Below, in pieces: positions 52,575 through 63,484 of a stretch of 64,000 nucleotides of DNA. The position numbers were made by a program, and so were the translations under genes. The notes beneath the pieces were generated by a model. That model did no database searches, was not told the DNA's origin, and saw nothing but the letters and a program-made list of their open reading frames with translations. Within the stretch, counting starts at the first letter, position 1. Every line of letters starts with the position of its first letter. This stretch comes from Nitrososphaeria archaeon (GTDB lineage: Archaea > Thermoproteota > Nitrososphaeria > JACIWG01), in contig CAVVXT010000003.1 in assembly GCA_963752255.1 (NCBI GenBank), positions 64,001-128,000 on the forward strand, written 5' to 3'.

Positions 52575-52648
52575 TATACGGTTATCGACAAATCCTAAAT
52601 AATTAAATCTTTCTAGGATATAAAAGAAGACTCTGTGTATTAAAATTT

Positions 52649-52966
52649 CTATTGAACATGCCTTCTTTTTATTTCAGATATCGCTTTTGTAAGTGTTAGC
52701 TTGGCAATAGAACGTGGAGATACGTTAAACTGGTTATAGAGCCGATTTATCATCGACGGTAATATGAACGATACACCGTAACCAAAGATGTTAGTAAGAA
52801 AAACCTCAAAGTCCTCTATATGATCCGCCAACTCTTCTTCTTCTCTTAAGTTGTTGCTGCTCATGAACTTGTATATGATCGCATTCTTTGCATTTTCCCC
52901 TAAAAATGATAAGCTATAGTTTATTACCTGTACAACCTTAACTTTAGTTTGGGAGTCAAGTATCAT
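52649..52966 (-). CDS. DUF3227/NitrOD5-like small protein
   Basis: INYSLSFLGENAKNAIIY...EDFEVFLTNIFGYG...RLY; start placed at MILDS. Confidence 0.6.
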   Translation of the reverse strand: MILDSQTKVKVVQVINYSLSFLGENAKNAIIYKFMSSNNLREEEELADHIEDFEVFLTNIFGYGVSFILPSMINRLYNQFNVSPRSIAKLTLTKAISEIKRRHVQ

Positions 52967-53539
52967 CTTTATTGCACACCAAATCAATTTGTTATCATCA
53001 AGACAAATTTTATATAACAAAGCAAAATTTTGATAACAAGCGGCAAAGAAAAAATTAATCAAGAAATTATCCGGCAGATAATATAAATTATTTCTCCAAA
53101 ACTCCCTGGGTGGGCCATTTAATGATGTAGACACCATGGTATAAACACAACAAACTAGGCAATCATGGAAATTGGCAAATCCTGCTTAAGTCAGCCAAGT
53201 AAAAATGAACAGGTGCTTTTCAGCAGCAAATTATTATAAAAACCCTCTACTTCTAAAATAGTTGGATTTTTATTGACAAATAATAATGATGTTTTCCTGT
53301 CACTAAAACTAAAAAGTCAATTAGACCCATATGACATGAACCTATCACTAAGGGCCAATAGCGTCAAAGCACCCCCCTGTCATGATAGGAGCCTTATGGT
53401 GGGCGATAAATCGATAGATACTTATCATAAATTATAAAATTATGGGCTCTGATAATAATGTACTCTAATGATTTATTTAATTTGTTCCTTAAAACTTAAT
53501 ATTAATAATATGTTATGTTTTTCATAACCAATAATTTAT

Positions 53540-53565
53540 TATCAAGTTTGATATCAAGCTTGAAT
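53540..53565. promoter_or_regulatory. Nested palindrome, copy 2
   Basis: TATCAAGTTTGATATCAAGCTTGAAT, intergenic. Confidence 0.75.
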
Positions 53566-53748
53566 AATTAAGACAATTGCTAGAAGAACAGATAAGATAA
53601 TTTTACACTAGTATCTCCTTCCTTTCCGACTCTTAAGCCATTTGTCCAAGACTTTATATCCTCTTATTTACAAATTCCCACATCTTTGGCACTCCATCAG
53701 ATGATCGTTCGTAGTTTATTTGAATACATTTCTTCTAGAAAATAGAGG

Positions 53749-54768
53749 TTAGGGTCTAAAGACTATGTGTACTTTGTTTCCTGTCGGGTCGGTTTTCTTT
53801 AGGTATGCTAACTTGAAGCCTGACGCGATTATTGGCTGTTCAAGTTCTATGCCCTTTTCTTGTAGGTAGTTGTATGCGGCTTCAAAATTTGACACATTTA
53901 TTGCTATGTGCGTACGTGTTTCCTTTTCATGCGCTTTCATGACTTCTATTTTTCCAATACTTGTCCCTGTTAGCATTATCGATGATGGCCCTTCTTCTTT
54001 TGCGAAGCCGAAGGTTCCAGCGTACCAGTCAGCTATTTGCTTAGCGTTCGCGGTTTCTGTTGGATATATCGCTATATGTTCAACGCCTAAGAATATAGAT
54101 TTACCTTTTACCTCCCATATCCATTGCATGCAGTCTTCCACCTTCCTTTTTATGGATTCAAAGTTGCCCGACTTTACTAGGTCTTTTTGTATGAGGTTTG
54201 AGCCCAAGTTTACTGCTGCCGCGCCCGCTCTTATCCAACTCGAAATGCCTTCTTTTGTGGCCTCTACACCTCCTGAGGGCATAAGTTTTAACCATGGAAA
54301 CGGACCGAGCAAGTCTTTTATAAATTGTGGGCCTAGTACGTCTGCTGGAAATATTTTGATTATGTCAGCGCCCATCTCTTCTGCCATGTATATTTCTGAT
54401 GGAGTACTACATCCTGGAATATATAAAATATTGTATCTATTAGACGTCTTTGCCACATCTGGGTTGAATACTGGTCCGACGATAAAGTTTGCTCCACAAT
54501 TAATATAGAGTGAGGCTGCTGATGGTTCGACTATCGTGCCAGCTCCTAGGACAACGTCTGGAAACTCTCTATCCTTCCATTTTATGAGTTCGCTGAAGAC
54601 TTGATATGCTAATGCGCCACGGTTTGTGAACTCAACCACTTTAGCTCTGCCTTCGGCGCATGCCCTAACAATTTTTTTAGCAGTCTCCAAGTCTTCTTCA
54701 TAAAATGTTGGGATTAGCCCGATTTCGAGAACACTTGAAACAACCTCATGTCTCATCGACATCGACAT
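53749..54768 (-). CDS. eda: KDPG/KHG aldolase fused to a C-terminal VOC (glyoxalase) domain
   Basis: VEFTNR, GAGT, PGCSTPSE, KIFPA, MPSGGV; then EHIAI...IEVM...HIAINV...DPTGNKVH. Confidence 0.85.
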   Translation of the reverse strand: MSMSMRHEVVSSVLEIGLIPTFYEEDLETAKKIVRACAEGRAKVVEFTNRGALAYQVFSELIKWKDREFPDVVLGAGTIVEPSAASLYINCGANFIVGPVFNPDVAKTSNRYNILYIPGCSTPSEIYMAEEMGADIIKIFPADVLGPQFIKDLLGPFPWLKLMPSGGVEATKEGISSWIRAGAAAVNLGSNLIQKDLVKSGNFESIKRKVEDCMQWIWEVKGKSIFLGVEHIAIYPTETANAKQIADWYAGTFGFAKEEGPSSIMLTGTSIGKIEVMKAHEKETRTHIAINVSNFEAAYNYLQEKGIELEQPIIASGFKLAYLKKTDPTGNKVHIVFRP

Positions 54769-55246
54769 ATTTTCTTACCCCATAAAAGCGTGAGAAACTC
54801 GTCTTCTTAAATTTTTATCTGATATACGTCTCATTGTTAATAGAAAGATGATAAATAACTGATCAAGCCTACCGCCTAAAGATCTTCCTAGAGGGCCTAA
54901 AGGAATCGACAACACATGAACACCTAGTTAAATAACGAGCGGCATTTTCGTATCCAATTGAAAGTATGATAAGTCTCTTAGAATATTCATTGTCAGGAAC
55001 AGAATAAAAAGTTAGTTAATGTAATTCTACTAAACTGAGATAAACACTAGGCCATCAAGACGATTGATTCACCCTACATTTTTGGTACATGTTTTCTTTT
55101 TCACGATGCTAAATAAATCTTCAATCCCAACGTGCCTATCTTGTTATGTAACTATTATTTAGTTAATGAATAAAGTTATAAACCTTTTAATATCAAAACA
55201 AACAGATGCAGAAAAAGATAGCGCTTCTCTTGTTGGGGGCGTAAGG

Positions 55247-56824
55247 ATGAAGGGTGGCTACAAGATCGTCCTCACAGCCGATAGAACACTCATGAGCGAA
55301 TACGGCGACAACATATTCCTCGGATTCAGCGCCTGTATGCCCATAGGAGTGATCCCAGACAAGCTCTACTTTTCCATGTTCTGTCCTTCCGTCAAGGCCA
55401 ATAAGGACGGTTCAGCAGAGGTGGCGCTGTGTGGGACGAGGAAGGTGGAGGCTTCGTTGTTGAAATATGGCTTTCGAAGGGACGAGGTCATAGTAGCACA
55501 TCCAGATCACATCGGCGAGGCTGTTGGGCAAAAGACGAAGGTTGTGGGGGTCACGGAGAACGACCCTCTTGGAATTGGTCCCGCCACATCCACCTTCACG
55601 CAGTTGTTCTCCGGAGAGGCTTACATGGCGGTGAAGTTCAGAGAACTCCTAAACCATCCGGCCGTCAAAGAGTTTCATCCGAAGATAATTGTTGGTGGGT
55701 CCGGAGCATGGCAGCTTGAAGACTCCAGGATCCGAGGAGAACTGGGGATCGACTGTGTGGTGAATGGGGAAGGAGAGGAAGTGGTCGGCCCCCTCTTTGA
55801 AAAAGCTGTCAGGGGCGAGCCATTACCAGGGTTAGTCCATGGAAATGTAGTTCCAGAGGAAAGTATTCCCACGATAGTTGATCCTACTATCTCTGGTATC
55901 GTAGAGATCGCTAGGGGATGTGGGAGAGGTTGTGACTTCTGCGTGCCTACAATGCTCCACTACCGTTGTCTTTCCTTGGATCACATCCTAAAGGAGGTGG
56001 ACATCAACCTGAAGGCCAATAGACAGCCCCTCCTGCACGCGGAAGACGTCTTGAGGTACAAGGCTAAGGGTTTAGAGGTCAACGGCGATGCCGTGACGGG
56101 CCTCTTCAAAGCCGTGAAGAATCATCCCGGCGTCAGAACTATCGAGATAAGCCACTTCGCTCTCTCATCAGTTCTGAGCGCACCTGAAGTTGTTGAGGAA
56201 ATATCAAATATACTTGGTTTAGATGGTGATGATGCTTTGCTAGGGGGTCAGACAGGCATCGAAACAGGTAGTCCTAGGCTGATTAAGGAACACATGCTAG
56301 GGAAATGTAAGCCCTTTCGTCCAGAAGATTGGCCAGATGTTGTTCTCAATTCCTTTGAGGTTCTCTCTAAGAACCATTGGGCTCCATGTGCTACGCTCAT
56401 CCTCGGCCTTCCAGGTGAACAGGAAGAGGACATTAACCTCACGATAGAACTCGTCGAGAAATTAAAGAACTTTGAGAGCCTGATTGTGCCTCTTTTTCTA
56501 GTCTCCTTGGGTGGATTGAAGGACAAGTCCGATTCCTTCACGCTCCAGAGGATGACACCTAGGCATTCTGAACTCTTCTTGAAGTGTTGGGAGCACAACT
56601 TCCGCTGGACCCCCAAATTCTTGGACGACTTTACAAAGGGCAGACGCGGAATGAGGATCCTACTATCCTATGGCATTAGATACACTGAGAATCTGATTCA
56701 GGAATGTCAAAATCACTATAATTACGACATGCTTCGAATGATAACGGATATTAAAAGTGGCAGGAAAACGATAGCTCCTCTATCAAACCGTCTGTTGAAC
56801 CGATTGTTACATTTTGTGAAGTGA
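55247..56824 (+). CDS. B12-binding-type radical SAM protein
   Basis: IVLTADRTLMS, DPLGIGP, EIARGCGRGCDFC, GIETGS; start placed at MKGGY. Confidence 0.88.
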   Translation: MKGGYKIVLTADRTLMSEYGDNIFLGFSACMPIGVIPDKLYFSMFCPSVKANKDGSAEVALCGTRKVEASLLKYGFRRDEVIVAHPDHIGEAVGQKTKVVGVTENDPLGIGPATSTFTQLFSGEAYMAVKFRELLNHPAVKEFHPKIIVGGSGAWQLEDSRIRGELGIDCVVNGEGEEVVGPLFEKAVRGEPLPGLVHGNVVPEESIPTIVDPTISGIVEIARGCGRGCDFCVPTMLHYRCLSLDHILKEVDINLKANRQPLLHAEDVLRYKAKGLEVNGDAVTGLFKAVKNHPGVRTIEISHFALSSVLSAPEVVEEISNILGLDGDDALLGGQTGIETGSPRLIKEHMLGKCKPFRPEDWPDVVLNSFEVLSKNHWAPCATLILGLPGEQEEDINLTIELVEKLKNFESLIVPLFLVSLGGLKDKSDSFTLQRMTPRHSELFLKCWEHNFRWTPKFLDDFTKGRRGMRILLSYGIRYTENLIQECQNHYNYDMLRMITDIKSGRKTIAPLSNRLLNRLLHFVK

Positions 56825-57443
56825 GTTGAATGGTATTCAAAAGGATTTTACTGGTAAGGTCTTACAAAAGAAGAAATTTGAGCTCCGCTTTAGTTGCTTC
56901 GTTCGCTATCGAGCTAGTGGTTTATTCGAGACTAACGACGATTGGAGAGCGTCCTGAAGCTTAGATAAGATAAGTGTCCTAATACTTGTATATTTTGAGA
57001 ATCCAAACTCCTTAAACGTGTGCTGCACCTAGGAGAATTAGCCAGTTAGTTTTGTCCCATTAATGTATAAGGCTAGTTTCAGAGGCTTAATCTAAAGATG
57101 TCTGGTCACAGGAGCTAGCAAGTCAATTATGTTAGATTATCAAAGTTAAAGTTTATTGGTATATGGCATGATCATCCAAAAATTGAGTGAAGTTTTTTAC
57201 CTGTGCCAAAAGTTCTTGGTGGAGGTCACTTTTTATCTTCTGACAGCCATCTTCCAACAATTCAACTACTTTAAATGCTTTAGAAGAACAGTTTACACTC
57301 ACATAGTACGCATTTAGAATTCCATTCCAAGAATTTCTTTCAGTACTTCACTCATAACTTTTTATGATGATCATTTTTTTAAAATATGAGTAATTTTATT
57401 ATCGTAAAACTTTTAAATAAACTATTATTTAGTTTAACTTGTT

Positions 57444-58088
57444 ATGACCGTTGTTACTATATCAAGAGAAGCAGGAAGCTGGGGTGATGAAATTGCAAGA
57501 AGGGCTTCAGGCCTTCTTCAATATACTTTGATCGACAAAGTTACAATGATAGAAGCTGCCACAAAAACTGGGATATCTGAATCTGGGTTTATTGACTTGG
57601 ATGTTGATTCATACCAATTTAGAAATTTAACTGACAGACTTTTAGGTAGAAAGGAGCCTGAAATTAAAGTCGCGATTCCGACAGTCACTTCTGCAAGTGG
57701 AATGGATTTTAGAATACAAACTTTGGATGCTAAACAATGTATGGCAACTCTCCAGACTGTCATCACTTTTTTGAGTAAAAGTGGAAATATAGTTATTTTA
57801 GGAAGAGGGGGACAAGCTATCCTTAAAGATGCCAAAGATGCTTTGCATGTGAAGATTATTGCACCTTTTGAAGTCAGAGTAAGAAGAGTGATGGAAAGTC
57901 AAGGATGCAGTGAGAATAAGGCGTTTTGGTTTATCAGAGATAGGGATAAAGCTATAACGCAATATCTTCAAAGATTTTTTGGCATTGAATGGAATGATAA
58001 CACATTATATCATCTTGTAATTAACACGGGAAAATTGGATGTTGAACAATCTGCAGCTGTAATAGTAAATTCAGTTAGAGTACTGTAA
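57444..58088 (+). CDS. Cytidylate kinase-like family protein
   Basis: VTISREAGSWG, VILGRG, HVKIIAP, YHLVINT. Confidence 0.85.
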   Translation: MTVVTISREAGSWGDEIARRASGLLQYTLIDKVTMIEAATKTGISESGFIDLDVDSYQFRNLTDRLLGRKEPEIKVAIPTVTSASGMDFRIQTLDAKQCMATLQTVITFLSKSGNIVILGRGGQAILKDAKDALHVKIIAPFEVRVRRVMESQGCSENKAFWFIRDRDKAITQYLQRFFGIEWNDNTLYHLVINTGKLDVEQSAAVIVNSVRVL

Positions 58089-58247
58089 GATTAATAGTTA
58101 TAGGAATCTTTGGATTTCTTATTTTATAATAGAACTAATTAGATTAAATTATGCAACACTTAAGCACTATATTATAAAATTTCTAAACTTCTTTCTTATT
58201 GCAGAAGTAGGAAGACAGCCATATTGAACCCCAATTTATGCTTATTG

Positions 58248-59231
58248 TTATACGAGACTTGTGACAGGCTTTGGTCTATAAGGCTCTTCTAAGTACTTCA
58301 TATCTGCGTCTGAGAGCTTGATATCCAATGCTTCAACTGCATCCTGTAAATGTTCTGGAGTTGATGTACCTATTATCGGAGCTGTGACACCTTTGTGAAT
58401 AAGCCATGATATGGCTATCTGAGTTGGCTTAACACCTTTACTTTGCGCCAACTCAATGACTCTTTTTACGATCTCAGCGTTTTCTGGTGGTTCTATATAA
58501 TCCCTATAGCCATTACTATTTGGTTGTAATCTCTTGATATCGTCTTGTCCTATCAGAAGCTTTCCATCCTTTAAATATCTTCCAGAAAGAACCCCAACCG
58601 CAGTAGGGCTCCAAGGTATGATGCCTATGTTCTGGCTTTTACATAAAGGCACCATCTCTCTCTCCTCTTCCCTATACAGCAGATTCCACTTATCCTGCAT
58701 ACTCACAAACCTCTCAAAACCCAACATCTCACTTGTGTACAAAGCTTTAGAGAACTGCCAAGCCCACATACTTGAAGCACCAATATACCTCACAACACCA
58801 CCCCTAACAAGACAATCAAGAGTGAAGAGAGTCTCTTCAATAGGCGTCCCGTAATCCCACCTGTGAATCTGATAAAGGTCAATATAGTTTGTCCTAAGTC
58901 TCCTAAGAGATTCACTCGCCTGCCATAATATATGCTTCCTTGAAAGTCCACTTTGATTCGGCTTCTGCCCCATAACATTGTAAACCTTAGAAGCTATCAC
59001 AACATCTTCCCTAACGTCTTTGAGTAATTCGCCTACAATCTCCTCAGACCTACCAACCGAATAAACGTTCGCAGTATCAAAAAAGTTAACACCTAAATCC
59101 AACGCCCTATCGACAACCTTCTTAGCGCCATCCCTCTCAACCATCCATTTCTCTGCGTTCCCAAAAGACATACAACCAACCACAATAGGAGAAACCTTCA
59201 AACCAGAAGACCCAAAACTAACATATTTCAT
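58248..59231 (-). CDS. Aldo/keto reductase
   Basis: GCMSFG, FFDTANVYS, DLYQIHRWD, YIGASS, PWSP. Confidence 0.92.
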   Translation of the reverse strand: MKYVSFGSSGLKVSPIVVGCMSFGNAEKWMVERDGAKKVVDRALDLGVNFFDTANVYSVGRSEEIVGELLKDVREDVVIASKVYNVMGQKPNQSGLSRKHILWQASESLRRLRTNYIDLYQIHRWDYGTPIEETLFTLDCLVRGGVVRYIGASSMWAWQFSKALYTSEMLGFERFVSMQDKWNLLYREEEREMVPLCKSQNIGIIPWSPTAVGVLSGRYLKDGKLLIGQDDIKRLQPNSNGYRDYIEPPENAEIVKRVIELAQSKGVKPTQIAISWLIHKGVTAPIIGTSTPEHLQDAVEALDIKLSDADMKYLEEPYRPKPVTSLV

Positions 59232-59495
59232 ACTAAAACACCATCTTTTTACCTACTTCAATCTTATAAATGTTCCTCATACACTTAGAATTGAAGGTCT
59301 CTAATATTAATATCCAGTTTACATTACACCCTATGTTTTGAGATATAAGAGTGAGTATTTGGATAATATATAATGAAATCATTTTGCTCTTTTTTTTCTC
59401 ATAATTAATATGTTCAAGTTTAATTCTAAAAATACCTTCCATTAGTTTAGATTTCATATAAGCACGCTTATCATGTTCTGATTCCTTTACCCTAC

Positions 59496-60524
59496 TCACA
59501 TTTTTGGTTCAACTTGGACTTTGAGAGCTTTAGCACTATTTACCAGGTCAAATCCTTCTTTCAGTCGATTAAGTGGAAAAGTATTGGAAACGAGTTTCTC
59601 TACATTTATCTGCTTCTTTGAAAGAACTTTCAAAGCCCTCTCAACATGAGCTGGAACATGATCATAACTTCCTGTGACCTTGAGTTCACCATAATGTATA
59701 ATGTTGGGGTCCAATTCAATATTCGTTTGAGGGTAGGTTCCACCGAAAAACACAATTGTGGCCGATGAAGCCACCGCTTTAAAAGCACTTTCTATAGCAG
59801 TTCTGTTTCCTGTCGCTACAATTACAGAATCAGCACCATATCCTCCTGTGAAATCTTTAACAGCTTTAGACATATCTTCCCTCAAAGGGTTGACTATTGA
59901 GTCGGCACCTAGCTCGATTGCCATTTTGAGTCTGCTTTCAATAACTTCACTTAATATAACACTTGCTCCTGAAAGCTTAGTAATCTGTAGGTTAAGCAGA
60001 CCCATTGGTCCTCCGCCTATGATCAAAACTGTCTCACCTGGTCTTGGTGATATTATCTCATTCGCATGTAAACACACTGCAATCGGTTCTGTAAACGCAG
60101 CTTCCAAAAAACTTACACTTTCTGGGATTCTGAACAAAGACTTGGCAGGCGTCTTTGCATATTCAGCAAATCCTCTAACGATATTACTTTTATTTTTGCA
60201 CAAATTCGTTAAACCTTTTTCACAATACTTACAAATTCCGCATGAGACAATTATTTCAGGTACAACTCTATCTCCTATAGAGAAATCCTTAACCGAACCG
60301 CCAACTTCAACAACGTCGCCACACCATTCATGTCCAGAAAGACCATAGCTTTCTTTACCATATGGAAACATCTGCCTCTTATACACACCTTGATAACTTC
60401 TTACATCGCTAGGGCAGATACCGATTCTTTGAACTCTTATCAAAACTTCGTCTTCCCTAGGAGTTGGAATGTCGACATCTTCTATGTGGATGTCCATCGG
60501 ACTATAAAGTAATGCAGCCTTCAT
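59496..60524 (-). CDS. Zn-dependent alcohol/polyol dehydrogenase (MDR)
   Basis: GICPSD, GHE, CGICKYC...C, GGGPMG; start placed at MKAALL. Confidence 0.9.
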   Translation of the reverse strand: MKAALLYSPMDIHIEDVDIPTPREDEVLIRVQRIGICPSDVRSYQGVYKRQMFPYGKESYGLSGHEWCGDVVEVGGSVKDFSIGDRVVPEIIVSCGICKYCEKGLTNLCKNKSNIVRGFAEYAKTPAKSLFRIPESVSFLEAAFTEPIAVCLHANEIISPRPGETVLIIGGGPMGLLNLQITKLSGASVILSEVIESRLKMAIELGADSIVNPLREDMSKAVKDFTGGYGADSVIVATGNRTAIESAFKAVASSATIVFFGGTYPQTNIELDPNIIHYGELKVTGSYDHVPAHVERALKVLSKKQINVEKLVSNTFPLNRLKEGFDLVNSAKALKVQVEPKM

Positions 60525-60819
60525 CTTTTTTCTATTAAAATTAGACATACACTTCACTATGAAAAAAAGTGAAAATAAGTTTTTAAACTTTTCCATGAAT
60601 TGATGTAACATCTAAAGAAACTGAAAAGAGCTCCTAACAATAGTGAAAATATAATTAAAACTGATAAAAAATAAAGTCTAGCTGACATAGAAATAAAAAT
60701 AACGATTTTAATAAAAATAATTAAACTAAATTTTTGACTAAAAACAAATTTTTGATAGTTAAATTAATATAAAAATGCCTACAGGCATTAAAAAAAGATA
60801 AGACCAGCTATATTCAATT

Positions 60820-61562
60820 TTAGATTTTAAGTATTTTTGCTATATTACCTCCCAAAATAAGTTCTCTTTTCTTCCGATCAGGGACTGCTACATTGATTTT
60901 CATGATTTCAACTTGCATAGATGGTCCGGGCGTATCTGTCCCAAAAACCAATTTCTCTGCTCCCGCCTTGTCCACAGCTTTCCTTAAAGAGTCTACATTG
61001 TTGTTCATTGTTGTATCCAAGTAGAGGTTATCATATTTCATAGCTTTAGAAATGGCGTCTTCTATGTTCTGCCAAAACCCCATATGCGCCATAATTAGAG
61101 GGACATCCGGGAAAGTTTCCGCCATGTCCCCAAACTGTGCCGGAGTGCAGTGAGGACAATCGCCTTGGCCGTGACTTATTATCGGGATCTTGAGCTTTGA
61201 ACATTCTTCGAATATTACATCCGTCAGTGAATGTGCGTTAAGGGAAAAATGGTGTATAGCTGGGTGAAGTTTTAAACCCTTGAATCCTAGTTTGTTTACA
61301 CACCTTTCCAGTTCCTTCACTGCTTTTTCTTAGACCATGGGTTTACAAGTGAGAAGCCGATTAACCTATTGGGATATTTTTTTATTGATTCAAATATATA
61401 GTCATTGTTTTCGACAATATTAAATGAGTATTCAGGGAAACCGAATATGATCGCTTTGTCAACGCCTGCAATATCCATTTCGCTAATAAGCCTTTCAGGA
61501 GTTTGATACACTTCAAGCCCCGGTTCAGGTTTTCCTATGTGGTTGTGAACGTCTATTATCAC
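60820..61562 (-). CDS. Amidohydrolase_2-family protein; frameshift near 61325
   Basis: IIDVHNH in ORF 61317-61562; GLKLHP, AHMG, FGTD in ORF 60820-61320; one extra A in the A5 run joins them. Confidence 0.85.
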
Positions 61563-61694
61563 ATTTTCAGGAATAAGCTTTTGTATATTTAAGTATTGAG
61601 ATTTTATAAAAAATTTTTCTACAAAAATTTCACCTTTATAATTGTTAGTTGACGCTAAAATATTTAAGTAGGTAAATTTTCACATAATGAAATT

Positions 61695-62099
61695 ATGAAA
61701 GTGTACAAGGAGTCTATTGATTTTAAAACGTCTAAAGGGATCAGTTTTATGGATATAACTGAGAAAATATCTGATGTAGTAAGTAATTCAAAGGTTACGA
61801 ACGGTATAGTTTTTCTTTTTGCGCCACATGCAACAGGAGCCATAATAATCAACGAGTATGAGAGTCGGCTCCTAATAGATATCAGGAAATTCTTGGAGAA
61901 GCTTATTCCTATAAATGAACCCTATGAACATCCAGAGAATGCGCCATCGCACATTCTCTCTTCTTTCTTCAGACCGTCATTGGCTGTTCCTCTTACACAA
62001 GGCATAATACAGCTTGGAACTTGGCAGAGTATAATTTGGGTCGAAGTCGAACCTTGGTCACGCAATAGGAATGTCTATATTACAATAATTGGCGAATAA
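61695..62099 (+). CDS. yjbQ: YjbQ/UPF0047 family protein
   Basis: PHATGAIIINE, NAPSH, LGTWQ. Confidence 0.88.
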   Translation: MKVYKESIDFKTSKGISFMDITEKISDVVSNSKVTNGIVFLFAPHATGAIIINEYESRLLIDIRKFLEKLIPINEPYEHPENAPSHILSSFFRPSLAVPLTQGIIQLGTWQSIIWVEVEPWSRNRNVYITIIGE

Positions 62100-62146
62100 T
62101 TTTAAATCTTAGCACTTACAAATAAATGTAATCGGCGTAGAATACC

Positions 62147-62860
62147 GTGAATATCGCCGCTGTTTCCTTTGACGTGTGGGACACCCTTCTAAGGCTCAAG
62201 CCTTTCTATTTTAGGATTGCTAATGAAATCGGCTTAGAGAACAATAATAGCCCAACTAAGGTCTACGAAGATATGTTGAAGAACTATGTGGTGTTAAAAG
62301 AATATAGAAGTAAGGGAATGCTAAGGTATGATGATATCGTTAACCATTGTTTGGAATTGTCATCAGAGAATTTAGGTATCGATATAGAACTTCTAAAAAG
62401 GTCAATAACGAGAGCCATCCTTAATGTTGAGCCAAATGAAATTCTTGTTAAAGAAGCGCCTCATATATTAAGTGAACTTAAATTTCAAGGGAAACAGATT
62501 GTAACGCTTGGGAATCTGATCTTCTGGCCTGGTTATTATAATAGGATTCTTTTAGAAAGAACTGGTTTAACTAAGTACTTTGACTCTCAGTTATATGCGG
62601 ATGAAATAAAATTCTCAAAACCTAGTAAAGAAATTTTTTCGAGGTTGTGTCATGTGTTAAGTCTTGAACCTCAGAGAATTGTTCACATAGGAGATAATAA
62701 GATAGAAGATTATGAAGGCGCATTAAATGTAGGCTTTTACGGAATCTGGGTTAATCCCTTATATAATAATAGTGTTGAAATCATGGATAAAAGTGCGATA
62801 GTGAATTCAATATCTCACATACCTAAAGTTGTTAAAATATTTGATGGGGATCCCATTTAA
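62147..62860 (+). CDS. HAD-superfamily hydrolase
   Basis: FDVWDTL, KP, HIGD...DYEGA. Confidence 0.88.
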   Translation: MNIAAVSFDVWDTLLRLKPFYFRIANEIGLENNNSPTKVYEDMLKNYVVLKEYRSKGMLRYDDIVNHCLELSSENLGIDIELLKRSITRAILNVEPNEILVKEAPHILSELKFQGKQIVTLGNLIFWPGYYNRILLERTGLTKYFDSQLYADEIKFSKPSKEIFSRLCHVLSLEPQRIVHIGDNKIEDYEGALNVGFYGIWVNPLYNNSVEIMDKSAIVNSISHIPKVVKIFDGDPI

Positions 62861-62901
62861 TGTCCCAACCATATAATAATGTGGTTAATTCATGATATAT
62901 G

Positions 62902-63357
62902 TTAGTCAATTGATATTTCTGATATTATGGCTTCATTTAGTGCTATGATATCTTCTGTCCTTAATTCAAGAAGTTTTTCCCTTGTACCGCCCCCACAGAA
63001 TATGGTGTTATAATTCACTAGAGATTTGTCGATGATTGTTTTCATCTTTATCTTATGGCCGACCGAAGGAGTGGCGCCTGGAAGGAAACCGCTGATCTGT
63101 TCCGCTTGATCAAAGGGTACGAGCCGGACTTTCTTTACGCCTAGCAAAGAAGCAACGCGATCCAGATTAACTTTCTTATCACCGGGTACAATCAACAGTA
63201 TGTATTCTCCTGTATCCATTTTAGAAACCAGGTTCTTCGTAAGCCTATTTAATTCGAGCCCTGCAACCTTAGCCGCATCCGCTGTATGAATCGTCTCAGG
63301 TTTCTCAATAAATCGATGCCATATTTTCTTCTCTTTAAGAAATTCTTCAAGACTCAT
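62902..63357 (-). CDS. YbaK/aminoacyl-tRNA deacylase family
   Basis: TIHTADAA, TKNL, GFLPGATPS, CGGG. Confidence 0.88.
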   Translation of the reverse strand: MSLEEFLKEKKIWHRFIEKPETIHTADAAKVAGLELNRLTKNLVSKMDTGEYILLIVPGDKKVNLDRVASLLGVKKVRLVPFDQAEQISGFLPGATPSVGHKIKMKTIIDKSLVNYNTIFCGGGTREKLLELRTEDIIALNEAIISEISID

Positions 63358-63484
63358 TGTTTTTCACCGAATATGCTCTAGTTTAAACGAGTTATGGTCG
63401 TCCTAATGGGTACTAAAAGATAGCGTCATGTTACTTATTCTATATTTTCACAAAAATCGAACTAAATTCGTTTAACATATTGTA

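Noticed and set aside
52536-52595. 12-bp direct repeat ATCGACAAATCC giving an in-frame GFVD just upstream of the LAGLIDADG start
   Set aside because: Too short to separate a local duplication from chance; it does not form a second LAGLIDADG motif
59233-59499. 88-aa ORF between the AKR and dehydrogenase genes
   Set aside because: Very AT-rich with no recognisable motif; probably an intergenic promoter region
3600-60348. Many antisense ORFs in the track (e.g. 6511-6963, 24965-25492, 40499-41134, 42924-43460, 53870-54508, 59758-60348)
   Set aside because: Shadow frames opposite well-supported genes, with no independent motifs
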